A DNA stretch of 64,000 bases from positions 558,001 through 622,000 of the forward strand of contig AP026125.1 in NCBI GenBank assembly GCA_030295235.1, written 5' to 3'. Below the pieces are notes generated by a model. That model did no database searches, had not been told where the DNA came from, and was given only the letters and a program-made list of their open reading frames with translations. The translations under genes were made by a program, and so were the position numbers. The number at the start of each line of letters is the position of its first letter. Position 1 is the first letter of the stretch. Below are positions 60,316 to 64,000 of the stretch, in pieces. This DNA comes from Fistulifera solaris. Taxonomy: Eukaryota.

Positions 60316-60924
60316 ATGTTGCCCCTTTCGCCGGTCGATAATCCGCAATGCAAACTCCGCTTCGGTAAGCGCGGGAGGCCAAGACTCTTCCCAGAACAGA
60401 TACAGAAGGATTTTTCCCGTCTCGATTCATCGACCGATTCGGAGTCTGACTCGGATGCCGAGAACGCGGAGATCTGCAATGATCAGACCCTTTATTGTCC
60501 GACATTGCTTCCTTTGCTGCAAGAAGAAGAGTCGCCACCCAAGGGTGGTTTCCGTGTCAGCTCTAGCGACAGTGTATTGTTAAACACATCTTTGGAGAGC
60601 GATCGAATGGATTACATCGTCACTGAAACCCATAACTACGAAAACACGGTCGACGAAAACTCCAGCTTTCAAAATTCTCGTCGAGTCCAGTTTGCTCTCG
60701 AATTGGAACAGGTAGTAGAGATTCCCAGTCACCACAGCTTGGATCCGAAGGTAAAAAGCGACCTGTACACGAGCATGCACATTATTTACGCGGAAGCAAA
60801 TCGCAATCGGAAGGAATGGGATTTTGAGTTACGAAGAATAGAGAACGTGATCGAAGAAAGTGATTTCATCCCAGACTGCAATGGCCACTTATGGCATCCA
60901 GCACATTGGAATCCTGTCATCTGA
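60316..60924 (+). CDS. Hypothetical protein with diatom-type 'RRVQF...VVEIPSH' motif
   Basis: 202-aa ATG ORF. The RVxF-like motif followed by 'VVEIP....L.......LY' is a pattern I associate with diatom hypothetical proteins. Confidence 0.65.
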   Translation: MLPLSPVDNPQCKLRFGKRGRPRLFPEQIQKDFSRLDSSTDSESDSDAENAEICNDQTLYCPTLLPLLQEEESPPKGGFRVSSSDSVLLNTSLESDRMDYIVTETHNYENTVDENSSFQNSRRVQFALELEQVVEIPSHHSLDPKVKSDLYTSMHIIYAEANRNRKEWDFELRRIENVIEESDFIPDCNGHLWHPAHWNPVI

Positions 60925-61314
60925 TTCACATTCTAGGGCAACTGCTGCTCTGTGCATCCCCTATGGATGATATTGAAAGATGGTGTAATCTGTTCTTTAC
61001 CTGCAACTTCTAGCTGACGAAAAGCTTTAAGGTGTCGTTACGATCGGTCGTTGTTGCCGTTTATCATTATTTATAGAGTATTTTGCTCGGCATCCAATTT
61101 AGTAAGTCTGCATATTAGCTGAACATCTTAAGTTTTTGATTGAACTCATTGTCCCTTGAACAGATATTTTAGCTTACAAAAATGGATGTTTCTCGCTTAC
61201 AGTGCCCCGACTATAATTGACGATTTGCAAATCAAATAGATTACCATTCACGGTGTCGATACTAGAGGATAACTAGTAATCAGCTTCATTCGATGTGGAG
61301 CCCCTAAATTGCTG

Positions 61315-63305
61315 TGCACTTGTACTTTCCAAAAATTCTGGAAATCGCCACTTCAACATACAGAAATTCTGTGTGATGGTCCAGAAATTCTGGACCAGGT
61401 GTTTACATCTCACAGAAATTATGTGAACGTTCAAGGAACGTTGCACCTCGTTATAATGGGTCATACAAGAATTCTGTGCTATTTCCCAAAAGTCTGGAGA
61501 TGGGATATTTCAAAAACAGCGTTTCTGTCTAAATTCCAGAAATTCTGGAAAACGCCAACTCGTCATACAGATATTCTGTGGATGGTCCAGAAATTCTGGA
61601 CCAGGTGTTTACATCTCACAGGATTTATGTGGACGTTCAAGCAACGTTGCACCTCGTTATAATGGGTCATACAAGAATTCTGTGCTATTTCCCAAAAGTC
61701 TGGAGATGGGATATTTCAAAAACAGCGTTTCTGTCTAAATTCCAGAAATTCTGGAAAACGCCAACTCGTCATACAGATATTCTGTGGAAGGTCCTCTGGA
61801 CCAGGTGTTTACATCTCACAGAATTTATGTGGACGTTCAAGCAACGTTGCACCTCGTTATAATGGGTCATACAAGAATTCTGTGCGATTTCCCTAAAGTC
61901 TGGACACGGTGTTTTTCAACAAGCAAATTCCAGAAATTCTGGAAAGCGCCAACTCGTCATACAGATATTCTGTGGATGGTCCCCAATTTCTGGACCAGGT
62001 GTTTACATCTCACAGAAATTATGTGCACGTTCAAGAAACGTTGCACCTCGTCATAATGGGTCATACAAGGATTTCCTGCTATTTCCCGAAAGTCTGGACA
62101 AGGTTTATTCCAACAAACAACGCTTCTGTCTAAATTCCAGAAATTCTGGAAAACACCATCTCATCATACAGATATTCTGTGGATGGTCCGGAATTTCTGG
62201 ACCAGGTGTTTTCATCTCACAGAATTTATGTGGACGTTCAAGAAACGTTGCACATTTCAAAAAACAGCGTTTCTGTCTAAATTCCAGAAATTCTGGAAAC
62301 GGCCGTCTCATCATACAGAAATTCTGTGGATGGTCCAGAATTTCTGGACCAGGTGTTTTCATCTCACAGAAATTATGTGCACGTTAAAGAAACGTTGCAC
62401 CTCGTTATAGTGAGTGATACAAGGATTATTCCCTGCTATTTCCCGAAAGTCTGGACACGGTATTTTTCAACAAACAGCGTTTCTGTGTAAATTCCAGATA
62501 TTCTGGAAAACGCGATCTCATCATACAGAATTTCTGGACCAAGTGTTTTCATCTCACAGAAATGTGTGCACATTCAAAATACTTTGTATATTGTCGTCAT
62601 GGATCATACAATGAGTCCGTATTGTTTCCAGAGAGTCTAAACACGGTATTTTTCAACATACAGCGTTTCTGTGTAAATTCCAGATATTCTGGAAACCGCG
62701 ATCTCATCATACAGAAATTCTGTGTGAAGGTCCAGAAATTCTGGACCAAGTGTTTTCACCTCACAGAAATGTGTGCACATTCAAAATACTTTGTATATCG
62801 TCGTCATGGATCATGCAATGAGTCCGTATTGTTTCCAGAGAGTCTAAACACGGTATTTTTCAACAAACAGCGTTTCTGTGCGAATTCCAGATATTCTGGA
62901 AAACGCGATCTTTTCATACAGAAATTCTGTTTGAAGTGTTTTCATCTCACAGAAATTGTGTGCACGATCCAAATACTTTGTAAATCGTCGTCATGGATCA
63001 TACAATGAGTCCGTATTGTTGCCAGAGTGTCTAATTACGGTATTTTTCAACAAAAGCGTTTCTGTGCGAATTCCAGATATTCTGGAAAACGCGATCTCAT
63101 CATAATGAAATTCTGTTTGATGGTCCAGAAATTCTGGACCAAGTGTTTTCATATGTACTACGTACCTCGTTGTTATGGATCGTACCTGGTACAGTACCAG
63201 GTATAAGGGTTCTGTGCTAGTTTTTCAGAAAGTCTGGAGACGGTGTTTTTCAGCAAACAGCGTTCTTGTGTACATTCCAGAAATTCTGAAAACCGCGATG
63301 GACCT
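61315..63305 (+). repeat. Tandem array of the ~206-208-bp satellite (~10 units, some internally deleted)
   Basis: GGTCC-anchored units at 61378, 61584, 61790, 61978, 62185, 62332, 62729 and 63122. Reverse-complement match to 11083-12115. Confidence 0.95.
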
Positions 63306-63406
63306 TTTCCGTCTTGTAGGCGTGAGCCCCTCGCAAATATCGCAACATCGACATCACCATTGTTTATACTTGTCTCAGCTTGTTTTTCATATGATCAGAA
63401 AATAGC

Positions 63407-64000
63407 ATGTTCGCACCGCGGCAAATCTCTGTACGAAGACAACACTTTGCAAGTCTTCAATGGCGCTTATTCTCGTCGTTTCGCGTCTATCCGGCAGTGG
63501 AGGCGGCTTTGAAGGAAGGCCGACCCGTCGTGGCGTTGGAATCTACCATTGTAGCGCATGGCATGCCCTTTCCGCAGAATCTGGAACTCAGCCAAAAACT
63601 AGCATCCATATTACGCGCAAAAGGTGTGGAGCCGGCCACCATAGCATTGCACAAGGGAGATATCAAAATTGGCTTACATCCGGACGAATTGCACGAGCTG
63701 GCTGAATCGGGCGACGCTGTGAAATGCACGACGCGACAACTCGGACTGTTCTTAGCGAACCAAAAAGGTCCTTCCTGGGGAGCAACGACGGTAGCTTCAA
63801 CTATGTTTTTAGCGCATCAAGCAGGAATACAAACATTTGTGACGGGAGGAATCGGGGGAGTGCATCGGTACGGACAAGACACACTGGATATTTCGGCCGA
63901 TCTACTCGAGCTATCACGGACGCCTGTAGTAGTTGTATCGGCAGGCATTAAATCCATTCTCGATATTTCCAGAACTTTAGAAGTTCTGGAAACCTACTCA
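63407..64000 (+). CDS. psuG: Pseudouridine-5'-phosphate glycosidase (PsuG/IndA family), mitochondrial-type presequence, runs off the window end
   Basis: My translation from ATG 63407: 'GRPVVALESTIVAHGMPFPQN...GATTVASTM..AHQAGIQTFVTGGIGGVHR...DISADLLELSRTPVVVVSAGIKSILDISRTLEVLET'. Confidence 0.92.
   Translation, partial: MFAPRQISVRRQHFASLQWRLFSSFRVYPAVEAALKEGRPVVALESTIVAHGMPFPQNLELSQKLASILRAKGVEPATIALHKGDIKIGLHPDELHELAESGDAVKCTTRQLGLFLANQKGPSWGATTVASTMFLAHQAGIQTFVTGGIGGVHRYGQDTLDISADLLELSRTPVVVVSAGIKSILDISRTLEVLETYS

Noticed and set aside
61315..63305. CRISPR-like array (palindromic repeats at regular spacing)
   Set aside because: The sequence between palindromes is itself repeated rather than unique spacers, the period is ~208 bp, there are no cas genes, and the context is eukaryotic.
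1..64000. tRNA/rRNA genes, autonomous transposons, a biosynthetic gene cluster
   Set aside because: No cloverleaf, rRNA-like or transposase/RT/RepHel sequence was recognised. The enzymes present are interspersed with unrelated housekeeping genes, so clustering is not supported.

Overview
Gene-dense eukaryotic DNA with short (~60-80 nt) GT-AG introns, compact intergenic spaces and bipartite signal+transit (ASAFAP-type) presequences. It is most consistent with a pennate diatom (inference, no database check). About 30 protein genes are present, including RPAP1-like, an FKBP-MsrA fusion, eEF3-like ABC-F, an NHE/NHX antiporter, an AlkB-like/glycosyltransferase-like fusion, a mitochondrial carrier, MO25, a NodU/CmcH carbamoyltransferase, mito-S15, SLY1, a Leu/Phe-tRNA-protein transferase, DXR, a CDP-alcohol phosphatidyltransferase/cytidylyltransferase fusion, PFKFB, SEC12, V-ATPase c-like, PRP40-like, a TRF4-like nucleotidyltransferase, SLC4 and PsuG. 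Many ORFs are broken by single-base indels, mostly in homopolymers, most likely assembly errors. Three non-coding structures stand out. (1) Two arrays of the same ~208-bp, palindrome-built satellite lie in opposite orientation ~50 kb apart. (2) A dispersed intergenic module (TATA..AAGTGTA-N11-16-CACGACTGCATTTCAGTCATGAAT) occurs at four loci, at two of them as direct-repeat pairs ~208-212 bp apart. (3) A 168-bp non-autonomous Helitron-like element is inserted inside one such pair. Several proteins appear to have lost catalytic residues (V-ATPase c without the TM4 Glu, PFKFB RHG->RPG, degenerate AlkB and cytidylyltransferase domains). All family assignments come from motif recognition by eye.
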